Positions 1 through 28,970 of a stretch of DNA of 64,000 nucleotides are shown here, piece after piece (within the stretch, counting starts at the first letter, position 1; every line of letters begins with the position of its first letter). The notes beneath the pieces were generated by a model. That model was not told where the DNA came from and searched no databases. It saw only the letters and a program-made list of their open reading frames with translations. A program made the position numbers and the translations under genes. The stretch covers positions 165,185,025-165,249,024 of the forward strand of contig NC_058132.1 in assembly GCF_016433145.1 (NCBI RefSeq), in the 5' to 3' direction. Source of the stretch: Gracilinanus agilis. Taxonomy: Eukaryota.

Positions 1-859
1 AACTCTGCATTCCTAACCATGCTTTCTAGTCTGGTCCCTGAATCTAGACATCTCTTCTGGAGGAATAGACTCTCCTATATTTGCCCTTGGGATCAGAGTA
101 GTGAGTAAAATGAGTTTCTTTTGTGGAACACAATGAAGGGCTATTAGGATAGAGGGAAGAATGGATCATCTCAGGCCTTCACTTCATTCCCATAGATCCT
201 CACTGCCTCCTTCCTACTGGGACTACAGGTAACATTGTTTTTCCTTCCCAGGGCCGGCCATCCTCCCAGGTCAAACCATGTTCTCCCTCCCTTCCCTTTC
301 AAACTCGCCTCCCATCTCACCCACCCCAAGTGTAAATAAAGAGAAATGTTGCTTGAACCATTGAAATTCTATGCTAGTGATAAGGGCTAGAGCTGGGGTA
401 GGCAAGTATGGCTCTGGAGCCATATCAGGTTCCACCTCCTGACCAGCCAGTCTAGACAGAGCCCCAGGATGTGCCCCAGGGGGCCCTTCAGCCCCGACCC
501 ATATTCCAGTGCCTTCCACCTCCATCCTCCTCCTTCTGCAGGCGTTTATGGCTCTCACAGCCAAAAAGGTTGCCGACCATTGGGCTAGAGCATGGGGACC
601 AAGATCAGGAAAATGTGGAATGAAGAGGTGGAAAGCAAAACTCTGGGAAAGATGGAGAAGAGCTTGACTTAGCCCTTAGAAAATGGGACAGATTTCCATA
701 AATCAGTATTATCTAAGTCTGGGTTGTAGGAAAGGATTGGGAGTGGGGACATAGCTTTAACACTTTGGTAAAGATGAGTCACAATCTGGAAGAAGCAGCA
801 TTCTTACCCTTGTCCTCACTCAATTAGAAGTCCAACAGGAAGCCAATGCTAGATAGGAC

Positions 860-1263
860 ATAGTATAGAGATCAAGTTCTTTTATTGGCTTATTTACATA
901 AAAAATCTCAGCTGGAAAGTGGGAGAAGAGGTATAAGGGAAAAAGGATTGGAGGCAAGGAAGCACAACTAGCCTCCTTGGCCTCAAACCAACCAACCAGA
1001 TCATGTTCAGAGATCCATCTTTTTTCTTTATCCCTTTCTACCAGATTAAGGGTCTTTCCCACTTTACATAGCATCATAGAATCACAGAACAGGGAGAGAA
1101 CTTCTTGGTCAGCTACCCTAACCCTACCGGAAGCACAAACCCCTTTTATAGATCCTTTCCCTGGGACTCCAAAAGGTCTTTTCTTTTGGCCCAAGACCAC
1201 CCTTCCCACCCCCATAGATAAGGCTCTTAATATTTCTGTTGTCATGAATAATGGTCTTATTTC
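860..1263 (-). other. ROBO3: ROBO3 terminal exon 28 / 3' UTR (3' end approximate)
   Basis: Acceptor CTTTCTCCAG|GAAATAAGA (E-I-R, like the human E-P-R terminus). It ends near AATAAA at 886-881 in a context resembling my recollection of the human ROBO3 3' end. Confidence 0.7.
881..886 (-). terminator. Polyadenylation signal AATAAA of ROBO3
   Basis: TTTATT at 881-886 on plus, 377 nt into the terminal exon. Confidence 0.7.
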
Positions 1264-1608
1264 CTGGAGAAAGCTAGACATAGAGGTGTTTGGAGCTTTG
1301 CTAGCTGGGGGATTGGGGGGGGGGGTGCAGTGAGACATAGAAGGGTTAGGGGAAGATGAATGGGGAGAGCAAGCCTCTGTTTTAAACTGTCTGCTCCACT
1401 TTGCACATCTGCCCTTCTCAGAGCTGCCCACTTAATTGGGAGCATTGTCAATGCTTTATTCTGCTTCATTCATTTAGGAAACTTCCACCTCTTCTTTCTG
1501 GGTTTCCTTTTTCCATCTCACCCCTTCCAGTCAAGATATTAGAGTGCCAGGCAGAAACTGGAAGTTGGGCACTTACAATTATGGAACAAACCCATGAGTA
1601 TCAGGGTT

Positions 1609-1612
<4 letters not shown>

Positions 1613-1646
<34 letters not shown>
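1613..1646 (+). repeat. (TG)17 microsatellite in ROBO3 intron 27
   Basis: Direct reading. Confidence 0.97.
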
Positions 1647-1648
<2 letters not shown>

Positions 1649-1864
1649 GAGTGGAGAGGAGTATGATGAAAGATGATAAAAAAAAATCTGAGGTCACAGA
1701 CTGTAGTAGCTTATTTTTTCTTTCTCAAAACTTTCCTCTATTCTTTTTCACTCTACTAATTATTCACTTTCTTCTCCATCCTCCTCCTATCCCCCTGACC
1801 TCCATCACCTCTTGGTATTTACCTCCCCCAGGCCTTTTCCTCCTTTTTCTGTCCCCAACTTCAC

Positions 1865-18838
<16,974 letters not shown>

Positions 18839-19200
18839 GGCCGGGACTGGGACAAGATTAGGGGCTCGGATCCCAGCCCACTGGTCCGAGCCCCTTGATC
18901 CGAGAGTTGTGCGCCCCTCCACAGCCTCTGCGAGTTGTCCGAACCACAGAATTGCTCTCCTTCCCGCGCGTCCGTTCCGTCCGGTCCCCTCCTTCTCCCT
19001 CCTCCTTTCCACTCCCCCTCCCCAGTTCAGGCAAGTCCCCAGGGAGTTGGGCGGGCTGAAAGCAGGTGCCAGGGCAGACCACCGCGTAATTAAGGGATTA
19101 ATCCGCCTCCCACCGCCCTTTACCCCCTCCCCTCCACGCAACGGCCTCTCCAGTTGGGAGGGGGGCTGTTTTAGTTTAGGCCTTGGAGTTGAGAACCTCT
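18839..19200 (-). promoter_or_regulatory. ROBO3 5' UTR / proximal promoter, CpG-rich
   Basis: CpG-dense GC-rich block directly upstream of the ATG; TAATTA at 19087-19092 and GGATTAATCC at 19095-19104. Confidence 0.7.
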
Positions 19201-19311
19201 TCCCCTCAAATCCCAATGCAGACGGGACAGAGTCCCACCTTTATCCCTTCTCTCTATTTGCCTACCCAAAGGTCAGACTAAGGCAGAGACTCAAAGAAAT
19301 TGGATTTAGCT

Positions 19312-19455
19312 AGAGCTCCCCAGAAACCTACTCTGAATCCTAGGTCTTCTGCCCCTTCTCCTGACTTATAAACTACTACATTAATCTCTTCCTCAGTCTT
19401 CTGCATCTCTCCATATGGAAAACTGAGGCCAAGAACTGCTTTCCTTAGATTCACA
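19312..19455. mobile_element. MIR/CORE-type SINE fragment
   Basis: GGAAAACTGAGGC core; truncated head. Confidence 0.5.
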
Positions 19456-21879
19456 GGGAAGGCAAACCAGGAATCGTGGTTTCCAATCACTTTGCATGTG
19501 CCTAGGACCAAAAACNNNNNNNNNNNNNNNNNNNNNNNNNNNNNNNNNNNNNNNNNNNNNNNNNNNNNNNNNNNNNNNNNNNNNNNNNNNNNNNNNNNNN
19601 NNNNNNNNNNNNNNNNNNNNNNNNNNNNNNNNNNNNNNNNNNNNNNNNNNNNNNNNNAGAAAGCGAGTATAGGGACAACAGGAGGGGTAGCTTAAGTGGA
19701 AGTGAGTGTTCTATATTGGAGCTCCTCTACCCCTCCATAGAGCTTGTTCCTATCCTATCACAACCTATCCAGGGTCCTTGGTCAAATGTAATGTTAGTGT
19801 AAAATACAGGAGAAAGGCACAGCTGGCAACTGGAGGTTCTTGACTGCTCTGGAGTTCAGATAGATGAACTCAGGCCAGGAGTGAAAATGAAAATAGTAGG
19901 CAGTAAAATGCAGATCATTTGCATATGTTATGCATCAATCTGTACTCAGATATCTCATTAAATTGCTTTTATACCTTTAAAGAGCAAGGGAATGAGCCAG
20001 AAGGGAATGAACCAGAGTCAGAGGACAGAAAGGAAACCTCTTTGTGTCTTTAACAAGAGCTTCACTGTTTCAATAAGCCTAATTGCAAAGGCATCTTAGG
20101 TATTGGTGACTTTGAAACTTGGCTCTGGGGCCACGAAGACTCTGGAGTCCTGCCTATGACACATTTTTGCTCTGTGACCATAAGCAAGTCACTGAACTTC
20201 TTAGTACACTATTTACAAATTTCAGATGCATTTCTGTAGTGGAGGGAATTCCCAAAACCTTATGCAAATCAATTGAAGAAATGAATTGAGATCAATTCCA
20301 GAGTACATACAAATCTGTATACTCTAGCAAGGAAACCTCACACTCATGCCTTTTAGAGATGGACGGAATTTGAGAGCAAATCCATCTCCTACTTTTCTAG
20401 GATTCTCTCCACACTTTGAACTTCCACTGTCTCTTCAGTCTCAATTCACCCATGTTCTTTTTCTTCTATTTCTTGGGATAAAGCCTAGAGATTGGAAAGA
20501 ACTGAACTGATTCACAAAGAAAGTCTAATTCCATCCTACAAAACAGGAAGGAATAGCCAGGAAGGGCCCCTAGACTCAGCAAGTTCAATTATTATCCTTA
20601 TACCAAGGGATCATTAAGTAGCCAAAATAGCCTGGATATTCATCAGAGCTCCCATGAATTTTAAGACTATAACAACCCCAATAAACTGTTCCTCCTGAGG
20701 ATTCCCAAGGAAGGGGCCTACAAATCATCTGTGACAACTGATCTTAGATCATGTTCAGGCAAAGAGCTCTTAAACAAACTAACATTATTTTTAAGGGGCT
20801 TGTTTCAAGACCCTTCCCATTCTGTGGCAGACTCTAGAACTAGGGTATACTGAAAAGACAATCGATCCTCTCATTTTCGCCTTTCAGCTCTTAGCACCTT
20901 TCTAACTTTGCATGCACAGTGGAGTAGTGCAAAAGGCAAGGAAAGAAACTAGTTAGTTAGCTTTGTGCAGAGGAACTGGATGTTGGGCTGGGGTGTGGTG
21001 GGGGTGGGAAGGAGGTTCCAGGAGCTGTCCTTTCAGCACCACGAATCCTCAAAGGCCTGCTCCAGATGCAGCAGATTGAGCATGGCTTGGGTTTGGGATG
21101 GAGGTTAGGACCATGCTGCCTGAATCAAGACAAGTGTCACAAGAGATCTAATTTGAAGTGTGTCCCTTGTTCAACTGGTTCAGAGATGGAAATAGAAACA
21201 AAACTTTATTTAGTTTCAATATAGAGATGCTGTAGAACAGAGCAAGATAATAACATCATAATTGTTTATACTCAAGTACAATTGCAACAAAGTGTGATAC
21301 AAAGGAGAATTTGTATTGGCTCAGTTGTATTGGAATAACAATGGAGAGACAAGTTCTTTGATAAAATATTTTTCCTTCAATGCTTAATGACCTCAAGGCT
21401 GAGTTACAATTGCCCCCTCATTTGCTTCATCACCTACTTTTCACATTTTCTAGTGTAAAATTGTGTGTGTGACACTAGATTGTGTCTCCTCCTTGACTAC
21501 CCCATGAATGTTATGTTCTAGAAGGTGTCTAGTCTGCATACTCCATAATCTTGGCTCTGCAGAGAGGTAAGAAAGAGGAAATTTCTCCTAAAGAAAATTG
21601 AAACAGAAATATCACATCTGGGTCTTTATCTTCAGTGACATGCTGAGTCCTGCATTACTTTGTCTATTAAGAAGTACAGGCCTTGTTCTTACAGCCCAAA
21701 CTGGCCGAGGACACTAGACAGCCCTCAAATCAATAAGTGAGCCAGGAAAAGAATGAAAGAGTCTTGACTGTCAGCCCAGCTCTTTAACCAAGTAGGCTTA
21801 TCCCCAGGGCCAAGTAGCCTCTGATTTCAAGATGAGGTGGTGGTGGGGGGGGGTGGACAAAAAGGTTTGGAGCAGACGG

Positions 21880-22130
21880 AACTGTGAGTACCACCGTGCG
21901 GATCTTGCCCGATTTTAATCCCCTGATTTGTTCCCTTTCAGCCGCTCTGCAAACATGGAGCCCTCAGGCGTCTAGGGGCTTGTTGCCCTGTTAGCAGATT
22001 TGTTCCCCGAGATGGCGCAGCTAATTGTCCCTTTATTTGGGGATCAGGGCGTATTTGCTCAGGGTTCCCAGAGCGGAGACACTGCCTCAGCTTCGATGCC
22101 TGGCACCAACTGGGCAAAGCTAGCCTTCTA
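21880..22130. promoter_or_regulatory. Candidate upstream regulatory block with CTCF-like motif
   Basis: CpG retention above background; CCCCGAGATGGCGC at 22005-22018 matches CCASYAGRKGGCRS at 12/14 positions. Confidence 0.4.
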
Positions 22131-23479
22131 ATCCTCATCATTCCCTAGGGTTGGAAGTTGGATAAACAATAGGGGCTTTCCTCCCCTTTCTTGGGTCCTC
22201 TCTATTCCTATCTCCCATGCTTTTTCTATTTTTATCTTTGGCTCTCTTTTCCTCCTAGATTCCCTTCTTCCCTCTCCTCATTTCTCTTGCCTCTCCTCTT
22301 CCTCCTCCACAACAACTCTGCTTTTCTTTGGCCCTTTATTCCAGTCTCTCCTCAAGGATAGCCTATATCGTGCCCTAGATTGCATGGAAGAGGGTTATCT
22401 AGAATCGTGAATGGACTCACAATAAATATCTTCTAGCTACAGAATACTTAGAATACTTACTGTTCCCACCCCCATCCCACCTGTGATCCCAAAAGTACCA
22501 GGAAAAAAACATGCCTGAAAAGAGATCACACCAGACCTAGGAATGGAGTTCTCACATTTATTCACACTATGGCTTCTTTGCACCCTACTTTTTATTCAGG
22601 TCTCACGTAGATCTGCCTCTTCTTTCTAGCACTGAGAAAAATGAGCAGCTTGAAATTCCAGATACTACTCTGCTAGAAAATCAGCTCCTAGTTTTGCATA
22701 GCTGCTACTCTCCATTCTCTCAATGACTCTCAAAAAACCCAGGACATTTCAATACATTTCTATTCAACATATGTTTGTCCAAATCTACCATGTGCACATG
22801 CAGTGTATAAGAAGTAGTATAAATTCTGTGAGGTTAGAAACTTCCATTTTCATATTTGTATTCTCAGCACTTGGAACAGTGCCTTGCACATATCAAACAA
22901 AATAAATGTTTGTTGGATTGCATATTGGTTGCCTGGGTTACAAAGATTCAAATAATTAAGCATTTTTAAAGAACTTACCATGAGTTGGACATTGGCCTAG
23001 TCACCAAGGATACCAAGAAAAACTAAACAATCCCTTTACTCAAGCACATTACATTCTTCTGTATACAGCATATACAAAGTTAAGATAAAGATGGGCATTA
23101 TATCTCTGATTTTATTAGTATAGGGAACTCCTAGATTAGGAAATTCCTTCTACCAATATAGGTCAGTATCTCTTCAGCAATTTAGAATCTGAGAACTAGA
23201 GCACTAAAAGATTGAACAACTTGTCACCTAGCCAGTATGTGTCAAGGCATGGCTTGAGGCATGGTCTTCTTGGCCATAGTTTAAAAAATGCAAAATACGC
23301 ACAGAGTAAAAACAAAGGGAAGGGAGAGGGGGGGGGGAATGAGGAGAGAGAGAGAAAGAGGAAGGGAAGAAAGGAGGGAGGGAAAGAAGATTTATAGGAA
23401 TGGCTATGAGGAGGGGTAGAAAAACACAAAGATAGGAGATAGAAGGTCTTGGTCTTGTACAGGTATATCAAATAGATCA

Positions 23480-24900
23480 GTTTGAAGGACAGGTAGAATT
23501 TGTGGAGGGTGGGTAATGTCAATCAATCTAGAAAGAGTGAAGCCAGATTATGAGAAGCTTTAAATTCCAAACAAAGGAGTTTGTATTTTATCCTAAAGGT
23601 GATGTGGGACCACTGAAGCTTTTCGAACAAGTAAGTCAAACCTATACTTTAGGAATTGCAACTGTGCAGCTGTGTGAAGGATAGATTCTTTGGTGAAGTG
23701 ATTGAAAGCAAGAAGATTTTTTGGAGGACTACTGCACTAACCTGAGTGAAGGCAAGAAGGCTTGTACTAAGGTGATGGGTATGTGAATGAATAGAGGGCA
23801 ACAGAAATATTGCAGTGGTAAGAACTGACAAAATTTGGCAACTGGTTGGATACAGAGGATGAGGGAGAATGAAAAGTTAAGGATTTTTTATCATAAACTT
23901 GCATTAATGGTTGGATTATGGTGCTCTGGAGAGAAGTAAGGAAGTTAGGAAAAAGAGCAAAATTTGAATGGGAAGATAAATAGGTTCTCTTTTGGACATG
24001 ATGAGTTTGATATGCCTGTATTCGGGTAACAAACCAATCTGGCAGTTGGTGTTGGGGGATCAAGAGCTCAGGAAGGAGATGTGAGCTGGACATTGAGATT
24101 CGGGAGATGATAGAGATGAAAACTGAACTCATGTAAAAAGACCAAAAAAAACCATGGTCTTTGCTGTCAAGTATCTTATATCTAATAGGGGAATAAATCA
24201 TACACACAAAGCATAGAATGTAATAAGCATACATTTGAGGTCAGAGAAAGGTGAGAAATTTAGTGATAAGAGTAACTTTTAGCTAGTTGAATCAGAGATG
24301 GTTTCACCAGATAGGCTCACCTGAGCTGTTACTTAAAATAAGAGAAAAGGATGTCAACAGGTGGGGAGATAGAGTATTCCAAACAAAGGATAATCTGTGC
24401 AAATGCATGAAGTCAGGAAAGTACAGGATAAGAATAATAGTATTACTTTAAGGTTAGCAAAAAAAAAAAAAAAGGTTAGTTTATTTGATTTTTCCAACAA
24501 CTTTATGAGATAGGAACTACTATTTCCATTTTGTAGTCGAGGAAATTGAGGCACAGAGGGTTTAAATGATGAGGCCGAGGTCATACAACTAGTAAGTGTT
24601 TGAGGCAAGATCCAAATTTCAGTCTATTTTAATTTAAGTTCAGTGTTATATAACAGAATAGCTTGGGGTCCAGTTTGACTGGTAAGTGGAGGGGCAAAGG
24701 GGAGTAGTGCAAAATAAAGCCGGAAAGTAGGTTCAGTCCATATCACGGAGGGCCTTGAATGCCTTAGAAAGGTCTTGAGCAGGGGAGTCACAAAGTCATC
24801 TTTGAATTAGAAAGATGCCTTTGACAATGGATTATTTAGAGAAAGGAGAGACTAGAGGCTGGGAGACCAATGAAAAGACTAATGGAGATCATCCACATAA
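23480..24900 (-). mobile_element. Degraded L2 segments, interrupted by a MIR-like SINE at ~24485-24640
   Basis: Purine-rich L2-like stretches such as GAAGCTTTTCGAACAAG and GCAGCTGTGTGAAGGATAGA; boundaries approximate. Confidence 0.5.
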
Positions 24901-24952
24901 GAGGTAATAAGGCCCAAACTTTGATTTTACATTTCTTAAAATTTACATTCCT

Positions 24953-25158
24953 GGGGCAGCTGGGTAGCTCAGTGGATGGAGAGCCAGGCCTAGAGACGGG
25001 AGGTCCTAGGTTTAAACCCGGCCTCAGCCACTTCCCAGCTGTGTGACCCTGGGCAAGTCACTTGACCCCCATTGCCCACCCTTACCAATCTTCCACCTAT
25101 GAGACAATACACCGAAGTACAAGGGTTTAAAAACAAACAAAAAAAAAACCCAAAAAAA
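24953..25158 (+). mobile_element. Young SINE1_Mdo-type SINE with 15-bp TSD
   Basis: tRNA-like head GGGGCAGCTGGGTAGCTCAGTGG; A-rich tail; TSD AAAATTTACATTCCT at 24938-24952 and 25159-25173, at a TT/AAAA L1-EN site. Confidence 0.95.
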
Positions 25159-25665
25159 AAAATTTACATTCCTTCTCAGATTTTTCCCCCTTATGTGAGT
25201 CCCAAAGTTTTCTTGTAATGTAATAGTAAAGGGTATGCAGAAATATGTCAGACCTTAGTTCTGAATTCCTTTACTATTTAATTATGTAATCTTGGGAAAG
25301 TAGTTCACTTTGTTTCTTCATCTGAGGACAAGAATAATGGTCTTCCCTATGTACAATCGCAGATGTCTCCAAGGAATAACTTTTCCTTTTGGCTCCTTCT
25401 CTTCTAGGAACCTGATCCTGGGATTTATGGTATTCCATTTACTTATAGATACCCCCTCAAGGTTTAAGGACAGATCTACTCCTGTTCAGACCATATATCC
25501 TCTTTGCAAGACTTTTATTAATATAATAGTATCAATCATAACAGCAGAGACAAAGAAAAATAAGTAAGAAAAGGGAAGAAAGAGAATGAGGAGGGAAAGT
25601 AGAATTTTACAGAGTAGCCAGACAGAAGAAAGGGGACAGGGATTTATGACTGATGACAAAGAATG

Positions 25666-25965
25666 CTATCCTTCTCCAGAGAAAGAACTGTTGGAATCAG
25701 AATGCAGACGAAAGCATACAATTTTTCAGTTGTTCATTTGGGCTTATGTTTTGGGGTTTTGCTTTTATGAGATTACTCACTTACCAAAATGAACAATATG
25801 GAAATATATTTTGCTTTATAATGTGTATATAACCCAGATGGAATTGCCTGCCAGCCCTGGGAGGGAGAAGAGAAGGGAGAGAGATAAGTTCGATTGTATA
25901 ACTTAGGAAAACTTATGTGGAAATTTATTATAACATGTAATTGGTAATAAATAAATATTAAAAAG
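25666..25965 (+). mobile_element. Old L1 3' UTR fragment
   Basis: CCAGAGAAAGAACTG...GGAATCAGAATGCAGA motif ending in AATAAATAAATATTAAAAAG. Confidence 0.65.
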
Positions 25966-28237
25966 AAGAAAAAAAGGAGGTAGGATAGTTGGAGGCAAGG
26001 ACCAGTGGAAGGCAGCTAGTACAGATGACAGTAGGAAATGTGCTTGTTCTGATTAGGTGGTGATCTGTGGTAGAATGGGCTAGAAAGAAATGTTTATTGG
26101 GAGTATGTTGGGGCAACTGGAGGGGATACTTGAGATAGGGATGTTGGTTAGATTGGGTCAGAGAGCCTTTTAGGACAAAAGGAAATAAGCTGGGGTCTCT
26201 GAGGTAGGTGGTATATGTATATGCTAACAGAGTTATCACTATATTCAGTAGAAAGATAATTAGAGTGAGAAATACAGGGAATTCTGGTTCTAGCTCTTTG
26301 GCAAAAGTTTTAGTGCAAACAAGTTGGGGTGAGGGTGAAATGTCTTTGCCAGCCATGAGCAGGCTAAGGAGAATCTCCCCATTCCATACAACCCCAACCT
26401 CCCAATTAATGACCATTCTCTCAAAGACACACAAGTCCAATATATTAACAGCATTACTGAAGGTTTCAAACTCCAAGAAACATCTCTGCTGGTGCCTTCA
26501 TAGAACACATTATATCTATATCTATATCCATATCTGAATCTCTACACATATATATCTATATCTATGGATATAGATAATCTCTGGAAGGGCAGAACAGAAA
26601 GGGAGGGAGAGGTGAGTCCCTTCATTTGTCCCCTCTCTGGGCTTCAATTTCCATTTCCTTATCTGTAAAGCTAGTCATTTCCTCTTCTAACTCTAACTTC
26701 TAGGAGTCTCTGCTTATTTCTTAGAGCTGAACCATTCTGATTGAGTAAGAAATAGGAAGCAGCTTTCCAGAGGCTCATCTGAGAAAAGGCACTGATCAGC
26801 AGTGGGGGACTTGAAGGTTTCAGGCCTGGGATCACATTGGAGCCATCAGATGAGGGCTGTATATCTTTGAGGGAAACAAACCAACCAACAAAGAAACCAA
26901 AACACCTTTCTTCTCGTCTGAAATAGTGAGGGTGATGTTTTTCCTACCCTTGTTCTCCATGAATGTGTCATGGTCTGGGTTTCATATGCTACAATCTCCA
27001 GCCCCAGGTGACAATATCTTGGCCCAGGGCCAGTATCTGCTCCCTTTGACCAGGGAATGTGGTGAGGAAAATGGTAGAGCTTGAGCTCTGGTGGTGGGAG
27101 GGGAGAAGTGTTGATAGAAGTGTCAGCACCAGCTGGTTAGAGTGAGGGCTGGAATGTCATTGCCAGGAATGAGCAGTCTGAAGAGAATCCCTTATCCCAC
27201 ACTGATTACCCTGCAGTGCTCTCTACCCTGAAGCTGCTGCCCCCCTTCTCTCCTCCATACCCCTCCCAACACACACACACTCAGGCACACGCCCAACCCA
27301 TTAACATCCCTCCTGAGGGCTACAACCTCCAATCACCACCTCTGGCTGGGCCCCTTCACAGAGCACAAATATGCATTGAGTGTGTACGGAGGAAGAAAGT
27401 ACATGAGAGGGAGGGGAGAGGACTTTTGCTGGGAACAAACATCTGCCTTCTACCCCCATGAGGTGGTGCCTGTGAATGGACCAGCAGGAGTTCTGAGGTT
27501 CAGAATGAGGATGCCAGGGGGCAGTGACCTGCCTGCAGGGGTGGGAGAGCCAAATATCAGGGGTGGGGAGGTGGGTAAAATCAGAGAGTAAAGAGCAAGC
27601 AAAGCAAGCAGCAGAAGCCAGCCCCCAGCAGGAGCCAGGGTTTGTTGGCTTGGCCCCTGTTGTTGCTGGGATAATAAGCCAGAGACCCCTATGGGGTATC
27701 AGTGGAAGAGGCCGTAGGAAACTACTCTAACCCCTCTCAAAGTTCAATAAACCTTGAGGTTAGAGAGACTACTGGGCAGAAATGTCCATATCCCAATGAA
27801 ACTTTAAGGAGGGGTTGGGAGCCCACACAGAACACTGGCAATTTCTTCCATGTAACTTTTAATCACTTCTCTGTTACTTCTCCACAACCCTCCTAGTTTT
27901 CTCTCCTCCACACTATTTTCATCCTTCTATGTAAGTCTCATATTTCATTTTCAGGTATGTTTTAATTTTAGATACTCTTCTTTGACCCTTTCTCTAGAAT
28001 CACTTTTAAAATGAAGGGCCCCAAATTGACACACAACTCTAAGGGTGTCAAATATGCATTTATGAAGCATGTGTACCAGGAACTGTGTTAATGCTGCAGT
28101 TATGAAGAAAGGTTGGAGTTCCCAGAAGGGAGATGTTTCTTGCACAACCTACTCCTATAAATAAATTTTAGAAGCATTTTAGTTTTATTTCTCTAGGATT
28201 CCTAGGTCATTTTCTTTGCTTTTCCTTTTTAAAAAAA

Positions 28238-28430
28238 ATCCTTACCTTCTGTCTTAGAAATCATACTAAGTATCAACTCTGAGGCAAAAAAGAGACAAGG
28301 GCTAGGCAATAGGGGTTAAGTGACTTGCCCAGGATCACACAGCTAAGAAAGTGAGGTCAGATTTGAACCTAGGATCTCCTGTCTCCAGGCCTGGCTCTCT
28401 ATCTAGTGAGGCATCTAATTTATCACCCCC
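28238..28430 (-). mobile_element. Older SINE1_Mdo-type SINE
   Basis: CCTTACCTTCTGTCTTAGAA...GTGACTTGCCCAGGATCACACAGCT...GATTTGAACCTAGG. Confidence 0.75.
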
Positions 28431-28756
28431 ATCATTTTCTTCCAATCCCTTTCAGATCCCTTGGTCTTTGTACTTAATCCCTTTCATTTTGTGTTTTTAT
28501 AACTATCCATTTTTTCCTTCTAATTTTTATAACTCCTCCAGCTATTGATAGCCCAGATAGGAATTCTGGCTTGTGTTCATGTCTTTGTGTTGAAGTGTGT
28601 ACACATGTGTCAGGGTATGTTCGCATACCTCTAGCATCAAATATGAAAACTAGAGATTGATTTCCTTTCTTCCTTTATGGCGATTACACAAAATAATAAA
28701 ACTTCTGATAAATGAGCATATAAAATTCCTGTCCCCGCTTAATCCATTAACATTTT

Positions 28757-28970
28757 GCAGTCATTTTTCAGTTGTGTCTGACTCTTCATGACCCCATTTG
28801 GGTTTTACTTGGCAAGGATACTAGAGTGCTATGTCATTTCCTTCTCCAACTCATTTTACAGTTGAGGAAACTGAGGCAAACTGGGTTAAATGACTTCCCC
28901 AGGGTTATATATAGCTAGTAAGTGTCTGAGACTTGATTTGAACTCAGATTCTCTTGGCTCCAGGCAGCTA
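28757..28970. mobile_element. MAR1-like marsupial SINE
   Basis: CAGTCATTTTTCAGTTGTGTCTGACTCTTCATGACCCC joined to a GAGGAAACTGAGGC core. Confidence 0.65.

Noticed and set aside
548-667. Plus-strand 39-aa ORF MALTAKKVADHWARAWG... after a CTGCAG acceptor-like site
   Set aside because: No recognisable homology; its length is expected by chance
1-820. 3' end of ROBO4, expected tail-to-tail with ROBO3 by human synteny; plus-strand AATAAA at 335-340
   Set aside because: No ROBO4-like peptide is recognisable in any frame, and the hexamer alone is insufficient
18839-19216. 126-codon open frame upstream of and in frame with the ROBO3 ATG
   Set aside because: It starts at TTG, not ATG, and is a GC-rich stop-poor promoter sequence with no protein-like features
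24953-25030. tRNA-like sequence
   Set aside because: It is the tRNA-derived head of a SINE, with a tail and TSDs, not a tRNA gene
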